A stretch of 64,000 nucleotides of DNA from Pelomyxa schiedti. Lineage: Eukaryota; Protista; Evosea. The DNA lies in assembly GCA_020536535.1 (NCBI GenBank), contig JAHLWZ010000427.1:20922-84921 (forward strand). The letters run 5' to 3'. The notes beneath the pieces were generated by a model, which worked only from the letters and a program-made list of their open reading frames with translations, made no database searches and had not been told where the DNA came from. Position numbers and translations under genes: made by a program. This document shows positions 49,392-61,719 of this stretch, piece by piece (position 1 is the stretch's first letter; each line of letters begins with the position of its first letter).

Positions 49392-50786
49392 ATGGACCGT
49401 GTTGTAGCGCTCATTGTCGACAACGACATCGGGGAGCTCAGAAGGCACCTGCAGAGGCACCCAAGGGCACTCACCACCCGCACGAGCCGCGACCCCCACG
49501 ACGGCATGCTGGGGCCGCGGCCGCCGTGGTCCCTCGAGATCTACCCCGTGCACACGGCGACCCCCCTGCACATCGCCTGCGCGCTGGGCCGCGAGGCCAT
49601 CGCGGTCCTGCTGGTGGCCGAGTTCGGCGCGGACCCCTGCGCCGAGTCGCACGGCTGCGGGCGCCCCCTGCACGCCGCGTGCCTGGCGGGCTGCGCGGCC
49701 CTGGTGTCCTACCTGCTGTCCTTCGAGTCGTGCCGCGCCCACGTCAACTCGCCGGTGGCGTCCTACTCGTCGACGTTCCCGCTGCAGCTGGCCGCGATCG
49801 CGTGCAGCCGCGACTGCGCCCGCCACCTGATCGCCGCGGGCGCCAACGTCAACGAGGCCATGCTGGCCGGCGGCGGCACGACCCTCGCGGCGCAGGTCCT
49901 GAACCCCGTCATCGAGCTCGCCGCGGGCCCCACGACCGCCGCCAAGCTGGAGATGGTGCAGTACCTGGTGGAGAACGGCAGCAAGGTCACGCGGGAGCTC
50001 GTGAACCTGGTGGGGAGCAAGCTGGGGGCCCAGGGAGGGGGCGGGGGGTCGACGGCGAGCGGGGAGAAGGCGCTGGCGTGGATGCTGGAGAGGCTCGAGG
50101 GGGGCATTGAGAGCATGGACTTTATTGGCGCCGTGAGGTCTGGCAACACGACGCTGGTCAGCTTGTTGCTGGCCGAAGGGTGTGATCCTAACCGTAGGTA
50201 CGTATGTGATTGTGATTGTGATTGTGATTGTGAGGGATAAAAATGGGGGTGTGTGCTTGATTCTATTTCTGACACTGCGGGAAGTGATGGGAACTGGTCT
50301 GCTTTGCACCACGCTTCTCGCTCGCCTGGAGGCACTGCGCAGATGACAGAGCTGCTGCTCAAGGCAGGGGCCGATCCCCACGCCACTACCAGAGCCGGCA
50401 AGACAGCCGCAGAGATGGCCGATCCCCCCCTTCGCAAGCTGATTGAGGATTGGATAGAAAATTCAGAACCACAGGTTCAACCACCCAGCCGCACACAGCC
50501 AAGTCCATTGAGGCGAAGTGGACCCCAAACCACAACCACAACCGGAACTGGAACTGGAGCACTAACAGTCTCAGGAACCGGAACCGGAACAGGAACAGGA
50601 ACAGGAGCGCCAGCAACCAACAAACCACCTGCTGCCCAAGCACATCTCCCGGACCTCTACCCCTCGGGAATGCAGGCCTTAGCAGACATGGGCTTCATTG
50701 ACAAGGCTGCTTGTGCAAATGCTCTCAGGACTACACGTGGAGATGTGGAGGCGGCCTTGGGTCTTCTCCTTCAAATGAGTGATTGA
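49392..50786 (+). CDS. Ankyrin-repeat protein with C-terminal UBA domain
   Basis: ATPLHIAC, GRPLHAAC, FPLQLAA, SALHHAS ankyrin repeats. One intron from 50198. UBA: MQALADMGFIDKAACANALRTTRGDVEAALGLL. Confidence 0.87.
50206..50233. repeat. (GTGATT)n intronic microsatellite
   Basis: About 4.5 hexamer units directly after the donor site of the ankyrin-UBA intron. Confidence 0.85.
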
Positions 50787-50895
50787 ATAGCCAGTATTGT
50801 AAAGGTAGATCGCAAGCCGTAGACTTTTGTTTGAAAAAACACTTGGCACTTGGTTTTTTTTTGAACAGAACTCTTTGTTGTTTACACGTTTCGTT

Positions 50896-52818
50896 TCACG
50901 AACGAGAGTGGTGATGGTCTCCCCTATGATCTCTATGGTGCTTGTTGGCTCTGGAACTGTACTCCTCACGGCTGGGGCGCGACGAGGAAGCGGATGAAGA
51001 TGATGAGGCTGAGGGTGCTGGTGAGGGCTCAATGGTTTCTGGGCGAGGAGCTGGTGGGGGGGCATTGGTGGAATGGTGATGATGGTGGGAGGCTCGAGGC
51101 CGTTTAGGTTCCGGAGGCTCCAGTTCGAGCTGATCAGTTGGCTTTGGATTGCCTCTTTTTCTGGATTCGTCCCTCTCATTAGACTCTGCATGTGAATGAC
51201 AGTCAGCAGGTGCCTTGGAGGATGGGGATGTGGATGTGGATGTCGATGTGGTTGTGGATGTATTTGTTGATGTTGAGGTGGAGGTGGATGCTGTCTGGTC
51301 ATCCGAGGTTCTTGGAAATGATTCTGTATCGGCGTTTGGAGGCAATGTGGGTTGAGGAGTTTCTGGTTGTGTATGTACATGGGTGCGAGATTTGGTATGA
51401 GAAGGCGAATGTGACCGTGACCTTGATCGAGATGAAGAGTCAGAGTCTGAGGACGAGGACGAGGATGAGGATGAGGATGATGACGAAGAACGCCTTCTTT
51501 TATGCTTGTGTTTGTGCTTATGCTTGCTTTTTTCTTTATGGTCATGACCTTTCTCCCTTCTCTTTTCCTCTTCTCTGAATCGTCTGTTTCATTGTTAGAT
51601 GGTGTTTAACTTCTTAAGAACATACTTGAGCAAGAGCTTTTTCTGTTTTTTAGAGAGTGATGCCAAAAATATTTTTTCAGGGTCCTCTTCCTCAGCCTCG
51701 GGATCAGAGCCAACAAGATCGCCTTGTTGAGCCCATTCCCCTACAGAGAGTAAAGAGACAAACTTGAATTACGATGGAATTACCAGTTTTGAGAAGTAAG
51801 TGATGATCTAATTGTACGATAGGTTTAGGGACAGCACTGATGAGCCCTGCTAGGAGACGGGGTTGCACGGGAACCTGAGGAGGTAAAGGAGTGGGCGTTG
51901 GTGCAACGGGTGGGACAGGTTGGCTTTGCTGCTGCATGGTTTGAAGTGTTAATATCTTTCCCACAGACGCCATGGGGTCTTCCAATTTCTGCCTTTGCGC
52001 ATCTATGTGAAATGAGAGGGAAAAACTAAGGGAATTACGGTACCATTTGGGTTGTAGTCTTTAAGAGGACACTCTCGATCTCCACTTTGATGTCCCCATG
52101 TGCCACATCTCACACACTTCACATTTCGCAACTTTTTTCTTTTGGTCATGTCTCAGGCAAAAAGAAAACTCAATACCTCCACTCCGAGTGGCTTGTGGGT
52201 TACTTTGACACTGTCAGTGTATTGACCTGTGGTAGGTGCATTTTTTAGAATTTCGAAATGTTCCTTCTGCTCCTTGATCTTTTCTTCTTCTCTTGTGAGG
52301 ACGCGCTGAGCTAGGTTAAGGTTACAAAACTCCAGACTAGCAGTACAACATACATTTGTCGGTGTTCATTCCAGGAGGGGGCGCATACATGAAAGTAAGT
52401 GCCATGTGCTGCTCTTCTTTTCTTGTTTCTGCAGTAGGGCCACCGCTTTTCCTTTTTACCATTTGCCTAGTTCCAGAGAATCACTAAAGGTTAGTTGATA
52501 TCATGCTTAACAAAAGGGGAAAAAAAGGGCTAAAACAATAACCAAAGGCACCCAAATAAAAATAAAAATAAAAATAAAAAAGGGAGAAAACAGTCGCACA
52601 GGTTTTTGTAGTGCTCTTGTTCCTCAGCGTATTTGCGCTCGTACTCCTGCTGCCTCCTGGCCTGGTCTTTGGCCTTCTCCTGTGCCATGAACAACTTACG
52701 CTGGTTGGCCACTGTTGTCACATGCCAGCTCTGTGTGGGAAACCCACGTAAGACCACACTCTATAGCCACGTGTCTTACCTTTGTATTAAGAAATGACAA
52801 CGGCCCGCTCTTTGTCAT
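50896..52818 (-). CDS. CIR1: CIR1-like (Cir_N) splicing/corepressor protein
   Basis: [13 protein letters not shown]|[19 protein letters not shown] (Cir_N), [44 protein letters not shown] zinc knuckle, K/H/S/R-rich tail. Confidence 0.85.
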
Positions 52819-52995
52819 CTCACCTCACCCTTGGTTTGTTTTTTTTTTTAAGACGATCGAAAGTTCTTACCTGAAGGTCTTGGAGACAACTGGATATCCT
52901 CAGTGAAACGGAGTGCTGGAGGATCCTCATATCTGTGATGGCTTCAGAAGGGTCGTTGTCTTCCAGCAGGAAGGAAGTTAGACTGGGAAACTTTC

Positions 52996-54334
52996 ATGGC
53001 TAGCACAGAGGCGCCCTTCGTAGTGGTGAGGAAGAAGAAAAGGGCCCGCAACAGAAAGAACAAACCCACAACTGCTACTTCCACCTCCTCCAGCACAGTT
53101 ATGGGTTCCGCGGCCGAGTCTCCTCCTCCGGTTTACTGCCTAGATTATCGCACCAAACTTAGCGACCCATCGTGGGACGTCAAGCAACGCTGGATGCTGT
53201 TCGTCTAATTTCTTTTTTTTCCCACCTCCTATCCTTGGGTCTATATACTTTTTACTGTATTTGGAGAAATTGAGAAACCAATGAAACTCATTAACAGGCA
53301 ACAGGTCGAGCTTCGTAATAAGCTTATTCTAACTGATGACCACAACTGGTTCCTGCCTGGAGCTCCACCTCCACAGTTGTCTTCTGGTGTTGCTATGTGC
53401 CCACTTACACTTGTTGCAGTATGGTAAATAATCAAATACTCAATTCTTACATTAACACCAAGGGCATGGATATAAGCTTTTTCCCGGGCAGTGAAGTTGA
53501 TGCCTGTGCTTCCATGGTTGTGCTGAACATGCCATCATTGTCGGTATTTTGGGCAATCGTTGTGTGCACAAACTAAATAAAATGTGCTCAGGTTGTGTTT
53601 GAAACGCACGCTCTGATAAAACTTACAGAACCCTATGTACCTGGCTTTCTCGCCTTCCGGGAAGCCCCAGCTCTTTTGGAAATACTCAAAAATGTTAGAA
53701 ACACATGTCCACAGTTCACACCGCAGGTATGAGTAACTATGCAACTTTATGTAACAACTTTGAAAGGTAATAATGCTGGATGGGAACGGTACTCTGCACC
53801 CAAGGGGTATTTCAGTGTATTCTCAACAAACTCATTTAACTTTCCCAAGGATTTGGATTAGCAAGCCACCTTGGAGTACTGGCTGACATACCAACTCTTG
53901 GTGTTGCCAAGGTACTTCTTGTTCCTACTTACTCCGCCTAAGATTACTTATAACAAATCACAAGACAATGATGTTTGCAGACGGTATAGGAGACACCCAA
54001 GCAAACTTCATTTTCAACCGGTTCTGTAGTTACCCGGGAACCTACGCACCGCTCATAGGGGCCACAAGAGGGTGCATAGGAGCGGTATTTTCTCCTCTTG
54101 CACCCACTATTCCACTTAAGTATCTACACCACTCCTATAATAACACCATGCGCCTAGGTTGTGAGGTCCAACAACGGTAGCAACAAGCCCCTTTATGTAT
54201 CTGTTGGCCACAAGCTCTCCCTTGATACAGCAATAGCACTCACACTGCAGACATGCATACACAGAGTACCCGAGCCCACACGCCAAGCAGACCTCAGGTC
54301 CCGCAACGTTATCGCAGCCGTTCGTCACACTTGA
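52996..54334 (+). CDS. ENDOV: Endonuclease V
   Basis: [34 protein letters not shown]|[50 protein letters not shown]. Confidence 0.93.
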
Positions 54335-54570
54335 AAAATAGCTTGCCAGCATTCAACACGTTTTGAAAACAATTTGTTTGAATGCTGTTCAAGAAAAGTC
54401 TCAGAAGACTACAACTACAACCAGTAGTGAAGGTAGTGGAACGGAGACATCGAGGAGAGAAACCAGAAAGAAGAGCTCCAATCACAGACTGGCAAACTCA
54501 GAAAGTGATTGTTGTAAACAGATCCTCACAAGTCAACATTAAGATAAAATAAAAAAAAACCAAACCGTCA

Positions 54571-55104
54571 ATGCCTAGTGGAAGATCGTTGTGGTTGTTT
54601 GCCGTGGTTGTGGTCGTAGTGTTGAGTGGGATGTTGGTAGTGGCGATACCGGCTCCTCCGATCGTTTATTCTGCCGTCGTTGTAAACGCGAAGACGCAGT
54701 ACTGCGTTCCTGTCACTGCGTACGTCACTTACACTGTGCGCAACAACGTCAAAGTCGTGAGGTCTGGTGATGTGGCATGCGGCTCAAACATGACTTTTGA
54801 AGGGCACACTTACTCTGAAGGTTGTTTGTTTTTTTTTGTTGTTGTGGAGTTGCATTTTCATATTAACTTAGGGACTGCTACGTTTGCTGGCATTGTTACG
54901 AAAATTGAGGCCAAAACTGCTTCGGGAGACTATGTTTCTATGGACGCTCCTTTCGATGTACTTCTTCCTATCGAATGTTTCCATTTACAAATACACAAAC
55001 AGGTTGATTCTCCTAGGAGGAACATCATTTTTGAGGTAAGGGGTTCTGGCGTCACTGGAAACACCCGGGACACTCAGCTCACACTTACACAAATAAGTCG
55101 CTAA
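54571..55104 (+). CDS. Small predicted secreted protein, unknown function
   Basis: Signal-like MPSGRSLWLFAVVVVVVLSGMLVVA, then a beta-strand-rich ~130-aa body with 3 Cys. One in-frame T-rich intron at about 54820-54870. Confidence 0.55.
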   Translation: MPSGRSLWLFAVVVVVVLSGMLVVAIPAPPIVYSAVVVNAKTQYCVPVTAYVTYTVRNNVKVVRSGDVACGSNMTFEGHTYSEGCLFFFVVVELHFHINLGTATFAGIVTKIEAKTASGDYVSMDAPFDVLLPIECFHLQIHKQVDSPRRNIIFEVRGSGVTGNTRDTQLTLTQISR

Positions 55105-55187
55105 GCACCAGCGAAAGATACAAGACTTGTGATGTGAATAGTACCAAAAAAAAAAAATAACTTGTGTCTTTAAAAATGGTTTGTTTC

Positions 55188-57687
55188 TTAGTCTGAAGGA
55201 GGTGTAAGGCCATTCTTAACCGGCTCAAGGCACTCTGCAATCACAGCACTCACTATGGCCTTCAGGTCGGCATCAATTCTTGCCTTCTCTGCATAGGGCC
55301 CACCAAGTTCAATATCTAGGAGGAAGGTATTAGATTACGGAAATTGGAATAATAGCAGGAACACTTACAGTATTTCAGCTTTGGTTCTGTTCCACTGCCC
55401 CTCAGAGTGGCCAAACACCCATTTTCAAAGTAGAAGGTGATCATTTGAGTGCCCCTGCTCACCGGGAGTACTGGGACATTACCTGGCTTGGTAGTATCAT
55501 ATCCGACAGTAAGGTCTCGCACATTCACCACCCTAAAGCCACCTATGGAGGCAGGGAAGGTTGTGGAATTTGGTGTGCCTCCTCGAATTCGGTTGAAAAT
55601 GGTCTCCATCAGTTTGGGATCATAGCAGAAGAAATACCGATTGCAGGAGGAGAAATAGCCATACCTTTATGTTGGAGTAAGGATTCCACAATAAGGAAGT
55701 GGTTTTGGAAAAACCTCTGGTGAAGGAGATCGAGTTGCTGCAAGCACGTCATCCCCTTAGCATGAAGGCAATTTGCCATTTCAGCAAAGGCAGCTGCAGC
55801 ACGCACACCGTCCTTATCAAGAGACATGTCTCCAATCAGAAATCCTACAGACAAATATGAGAAGTCATCTCACACGCGAGGACTGACCTATTGCCTCCTC
55901 ATAAGCAAATAGGAATTTTTTCCCTTTTTGAATCAAGTCGTGAGCGGCAGTTCCCAGCCACTTGAATCCAGTTAAAGTTTCCTTAAGGTAATTTCAGTGT
56001 GACATCGTTTTTGAGGGATAGATACATGGTAGGTAAGCCCTTCAATCTTAGCAATCGTGGGAAGTAATCGAGACGACACGGCTGTGTTGAGTACCAAACA
56101 TTCCTCTGGAGGAACTGTTGGATTTGTTTCATGGAACTTAGTCCACACCCAATGGCCAAGCAAACTGCCAATTTCATTTCCATTGAAGATTTTCCAATTA
56201 CCGCTGGTAAATTCGTTAAGTATGAAACATGAGAGAAAGTAGGTTTACTTGGGCATTTTTTCAGCCACGGCCAGCCGATCAGCATCGGGATCCGTGGCAA
56301 GGATCAGTGGGGAATTCTCAGAATCTGCCTTGTTCATTGACAGCTGAAGAGCACCTTTTCCTTCCTCTGGATTCGGAAACGCCACGGTGGGAAACTCCGG
56401 GTCGGGGTCGATCTAGATAGATAAGACTTTTCTTTCCGATGAAAAAGGGTTTAAACCTGCTCAGTGACTGGAATGTATGGCTTCAAGTTGAAGGATTCAA
56501 AAGCGCGACCCATATAAACCCCTCCCACTCCATGCATTGCTGTGTATGTTATCTTCAAAGTTGAAGTTGCATTCTCTGCCCTGGTGCACATTTTCAGAAC
56601 AACAAAGCACTCCACCCACTCTCATACCTGTGGTAGCACATAGTGCTTCCAATGGTTGTGAAATACTTGCGACTCACCTCTTCAAGAGGGTCAGTAATAA
56701 GCGCTTTATTCACATTCGAGATGTCCCAGGGAACAAGGTTCTCATCAATGAGTTTTGCAATGACACCATCAATTGGGGAAACGATCTGAAACCCAAAACG
56801 AGTTACCAAAAGCCACGAGGGGATTTTTTTACCTGGCAGCCAGTGTTCCAGTACACCTTATAACCATTATCCTGTTTTGGGTTGTGGGAAGCCGTAACCA
56901 TCACTCCTGCAGCAGCTTTCAAGCAGTTAACTCCAAATGGCTAGGAAAAAAGGTCTGATAAGAGACTTCCCACAACAAGTGAAAAACTTGACGCACCACA
57001 AATGGAGTTGGAACAAGATGCGAGAAAAGGTGCACTGGAACCCCCTTTGAAGAGAAAACAGCTGCAGTGATGTCAGCATATGTCTTGGAGTTGTGTCGGC
57101 CGTCATATCTGTTACGCAGTAATTTCCGTTATTTTTGGAACAATACGCTCTATAAATTCTCACCCGACAACAACGCCGTTAGTTCGCGTGAGTTCTGGTA
57201 ATAATTGCAGCAAGGCAAGACATAAGCCCTAAATATTGTTAGCAAACAAAAATCAGTATCTCGATATTCAAACCTGTGACGCCTGTTGCACAGTAAGTTC
57301 ATTCATGCAAGAGAATCCCAAAGTCATTTCCCCACGCAATCCTGCAGAAATGCACGAGTTAAAAAATCATTGAAAATAAAAATGTCATGTATTAACCAGC
57401 AGTTCCAAATGCTATTCTATTCGCCATCCTTTTCTGTAATTCCTTCCAGTTCTCATCTGCCAACAACCTCTCAGCCAAGGCCCTTCATTTTAATCAGCTG
57501 GCGACTTTCATCACCAACGCAGAACAACATCATGAACAAAACACGCCACCGTATAAACTGTCTTTAAAACCATCTATTAAATACCACTCAAAATACTCAA
57601 CCTTGTCTTTGGGTTTGGGTCCCAACTAATCCACTTTCGGGTCAATTCCGTGAGCCGGGCAACGTCGTATGTCACTGTTGCAGCCAT
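55188..57687 (-). CDS. PGM2: Phosphoglucomutase/phosphopentomutase 2
   Basis: [18 protein letters not shown]|[36 protein letters not shown] (phosphoserine loop), [30 protein letters not shown]. Confidence 0.93.
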
Positions 57688-57854
57688 GTTAAATTTTTAT
57701 TTTCTTTTAAAACTTGGTTGGAATTATGAAAAACCGTTTAGAGGGCGTTTCCACGTTTTGAGGAAGAAAGTGAGGGTTTTTTCGCCCCAACCAGAAGGCG
57801 CTTGTTGTAATTAAGGGATTTGGGTGAGTGTGGTTCTCATAGGGATTCAACACA

Positions 57855-59916
57855 TCAACTGTGGAGTGGTTGTGATTGTGGTGGTGGATTGGGGGGTAGT
57901 GTGAGAGATTGGTTGACAGCGTGGAACAGAAGGCGTAGCACAGTTTTGTCAATCTCGGTCACTCGCTCAGAGTCAATTGCGGGGTAACTGTACAGTGGGA
58001 ACACATTGGATTCGTGGAGGTTAAACATCTCGGCTGCGCGGACTTTACTGTCACTCAGTCCGCCGAAGGAAAGGCTGTCACTTGGTACGATATGGGTCAA
58101 TGCAACTACGGTGGGTATACCTTTAATCATGGAAAGAAAGAAGTATTAGTAAGAGACAAATGAGACTGGAGCGGGTAAAGCATACCGCAGTGCTTGGCGA
58201 TTTGAGCGAACATCACTGTTCTGGAGGCAACTAAAGATGGCACTGGAGAGACCTCGGATAACGGCATGAAAAATATGACACAATGCATAGGAGCACAGGT
58301 TGTTGACTGAATTTCTTTTAGTTGATCCATGTTATTGGTTGAGAGGAGCACAAACCTCATTTTGGAACTTTCCTTCAATTATCGCTTTGAATTCGGCCTC
58401 AGAGTAACTTGTATCATGAACGCCCATTGTGTCTGATGTCTTAAGTGACGTTGTGTTGCTTGTAGTTGGAGGATTTTGGTGCATATTTCTTGTTTGATTG
58501 TTTGATTGCTTGCAATTTGGTGTGCATTGTAATGTATTGTATTTATTGTTACAGATGGAAAAAAATCTTACCCCACAAAGTAACGTTAGTTTCTATTGGC
58601 GCAACGCCTTGGGGAGTATTGCGAATAGCTTGAAGTCGGAAACCAAAAACTCGTTCCGTGAAAGGCAGTAAATTCTATTTGTTAAGGTCATGACTGGAGA
58701 AGTAATTACTGCTTGAATCACACCAAGGACTTGTAAACTTCTGAAATTGCAAGAGTACAATTGCTAACAAACGAAGATTTCCCCGAATTGACTGGTCCAA
58801 ACAGTAAAATGTTGAGGGGTTGTTGTCTCTCCAAATTTGTAAAAAACAATGGCTTTGTGAACCAGACTGGACAGAAAGTAATTTAGCAAAGAAAATAGGT
58901 TCAAACAACTTACAAACGTAGAGGGGGTAGGACTTTCGGCAGACAAGTGTATTATCATGATCAAAGACTGTGATTTCATACTGTGATGGAACAGATTCTA
59001 TAGTGGCTGTCTCCTTTGGAACCATAGCAAGGTTAACATTTCCAAATGTGTCCACAGTATCTAAGCAATCATTAGAATTGAATTGCACTGACACTCGTAC
59101 CTCTTGCAGAATTCCACAACCCATAAGCAGAAACTTGAACATCCATGTTGGCAAGTTCCGGGCAGTTGATGGATATTACTACACACTCTTCAACGGAGAA
59201 GTACAGGTCGCTGTCCTGAAGAGTATTTTCGGCCCTCATGATTGGCACAACCCTGCCACAAACATAGTTATACGGGGAACAAACACAATATAATTCCAAA
59301 CAAGAAACAAATTATAAGTAATAAATAAAAAGGATATTTTAAACAAAACAAAACAAGGAAAAAGCAAAAGGAAAACAGAGACACACTGGTCAAGTAAAGG
59401 CTTCCACACACTAGCCCGGTTCCTCGACTCGTGATTCACACACAACAGGCGCGTGGCCTTGTGCGCCTCCCTCTCCGCGGCCAGCTGCGCCGCCGCTATG
59501 GCCAGGTGCTGCTTGGTCCGGTCGTGCGCCTCCCGCTCCCTCCCCAGCGCCGCCGCCGTGGCCTCGCTGGCCTGCCGCCACCTCTCGCTGTCCCGCAGCA
59601 GCCCCTCGGCCCGCTCTCGCTGCCTCGCGAGCTGGTCGCCCAGGTCCTTTATCTTGGCCGCGCGGTCCTCGAGCTTCTCGTCCGCCTGGGCCAGCGACAC
59701 GCGGTCCTCGCGCTGCCTCACGCCCGCCTCGGCCAGGCGCGAGGACAGGTCCGCCACCTCGTCGCGCGACGCCTTGGCCGCCGCGACGGCGTCGTCCCGC
59801 TCCTTCTGTGCTGCCTCGGACTTGCCAACCAGAACCAACACTTGCTTCCTGAGGGCACGGATGAGATTCTGCTGGTCAGTGGCAGTGACAACCGGTGTGG
59901 CTCCTAGGGTGTCCAT
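57855..59916 (-). CDS. Coiled-coil / Ig-like / IFI44-type P-loop protein
   Basis: N-terminal ~170-aa coiled coil and beta-sandwich-like exon, then NILLFGPVNSGKSSFVSN (G1), TLW|DTMG (G3), MHCVIFFMP, GIPTVVALTHI, VFPLYSY..EIDKTVLRLL. The order matches the IFI44/IFI44L C-terminal domain. Confidence 0.75.
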
Positions 59917-60000
59917 TTTATCGAAACGAGTACAGATTGATGAAGAAAACAAAAAAGGCAAACTGAACTGCACAGGACAAAGGAGGTTTTTTTTACAACG

Positions 60001-61470
60001 CTAATGGGTAGCAAGGAGGAGAGCTCCCAGGGCACCCAAATAACCGTCGTGCCGTAGGAATAGTGCCTGTCATTAGTGTGCGCAAATGGGTCATATAGTA
60101 GAGACAGGGAAGGGAATGTTACTGTCATTTCTCCTTGAGACCAGTAGTTAACTGCCCATGTTATGCTTCTCCAAACAGCTGGATTGTCCATGATAAATCC
60201 ACCAACAAACACAACTGTCTTCAACCTGGGTGGGGAGCGCATAAGTGGACAATAGTGGGGAGCCCTATGTTAGTTTACCCGTGAAGTTTGGCATTCAGAA
60301 GGCCTATCTGTGCTATGTTGTCACTGATCATGTACAGTAAACTCTTGAGTATGTCCTCATCACGGTATTCACTCGTGGGATGAGTGGATCGCTGCACTTT
60401 CCCAAGGCTTTTTTGCACTTAGGCTAAGTACATAGTTAGAGTGGAAGGACCTGCTAGCTTTCAGTGTGGGAGATAACCCAAGGCTGCTGGACTTGTCAGT
60501 GGTTCCATAAATGTCACTGACAAGGAGGTCAACGTTACGGTTGTCACCTTGGTTGTCGTAACTAAATGCAATTTGGTTTTGTAAAAGAGAAAGGGGAACC
60601 TGCTCCACGTTGGCAAGTTGCAACAACGTCCGCAAAGGAACTGTAGTGGGTCATTAACTTTGTCAGTCCCCAAAAAGTACCTGAAGCTAAATTACTCCTC
60701 CCCCAGTAGTGAAATGGGGAATACCTCCCCCAAGAGCAGATCCAGATATTCTCTGGAAATTCTCACCATTAATTTCGAGAATACTCACACCAGACCCAAC
60801 ATTAACCAAAATGTAATTAAGTTGTGTGAACTATGGAAGAGTGAGATGTGAAAAGGTAATTCAGGGGGTTGGAGTCACCTTGGTAATGAAACGCTTTTCT
60901 GATGTTGCCCCAAGGTTGACATACTCGAATACTTCATTATCGCTTTGAGCCAATAAAAAGTTCAGCCCTTTTACAAGGCATTTCATTTCATCCTGAGGTA
61001 ATGTAAAAAGGGAATAACTGTTTGAAGGAAAAAACCTGTTGGACAAGTCTAAGATTAACACTATCTTGGACTAGTTGTGCATACTTGTAGGCTCCTCCCC
61101 CTTAATATGTTGGAGAAGAAAACAAAAGGACTCTGACGAACCTGTTGCAAAAACTTCAGTGTAGTTACCATATTGTTGATGCAGTTTAGTAGCTAAAAGA
61201 GCATCAAAAATGAAGAACAGTTGCAATAGGAAATACCAACTAGAAATTGTATAAATTGATCAGCATGTGTTACAGGAAATTTGATGAATTTGAGATTTCC
61301 ACGTGGCTTCACTGAGAGGAAAATCAAAAGGTAGGAAACACGAAGTGTCATGTACTTGAAACACTCAGAGTAGGATCAGGTCTCAAGAAAAAGTTATTTG
61401 CCGAGTCGTATGGTTCTTTGTTGATATAGTCCGGGAGAGTTGGTGGATTTGGTGGCCTCCAGTACACCTA
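60001..61470 (-). CDS. PANK: Eukaryotic (type II/fumble) pantothenate kinase, 5' end unresolved near the gap
   Basis: YILVNVGSGVS, RISGSALGG|GTFWGL, GDNRNVDLLVSDIYG, EDILKSLLYMISDNIAQIG, VVFVGGFI, AVNYWSQGE, ALFLRHDGYLGALGA. Confidence 0.9.
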
Positions 61471-61619
61471 ATTGACAATTGTTACAAACTTCAGGCATGT
61501 TTTTTTTTCTCACACAACCACACTTGATCTAGGGTACCTAATGCACCACAAGGCAGTAAGGCACACAAACAACAACAGTAATGAATCGCACATAAACACA
61601 CGCGCGCGCACGCACAACA

Positions 61620-61719
61620 NNNNNNNNNNNNNNNNNNNNNNNNNNNNNNNNNNNNNNNNNNNNNNNNNNNNNNNNNNNNNNNNNNNNNNNNNNNNNNNNN
61701 NNNNNNNNNNNNNNNNNNN
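61620..61719. other. Assembly gap (100 N)
   Basis: Run of exactly 100 N, typical of a scaffold join of unknown size. Confidence 1.

Noticed and set aside
59904-60242. Resemblance to ribophorin II (GGFIMDNPAVW)
   Set aside because: Adjacent exons give unambiguous pantothenate kinase motifs, and there is no room for ribophorin TM helices.
61520-61530. AGATCAAGTGT on the minus strand, matching part of U2 snRNA
   Set aside because: Only 11 nt match; the branch-recognition GTAGTA, stem I and Sm site are absent.
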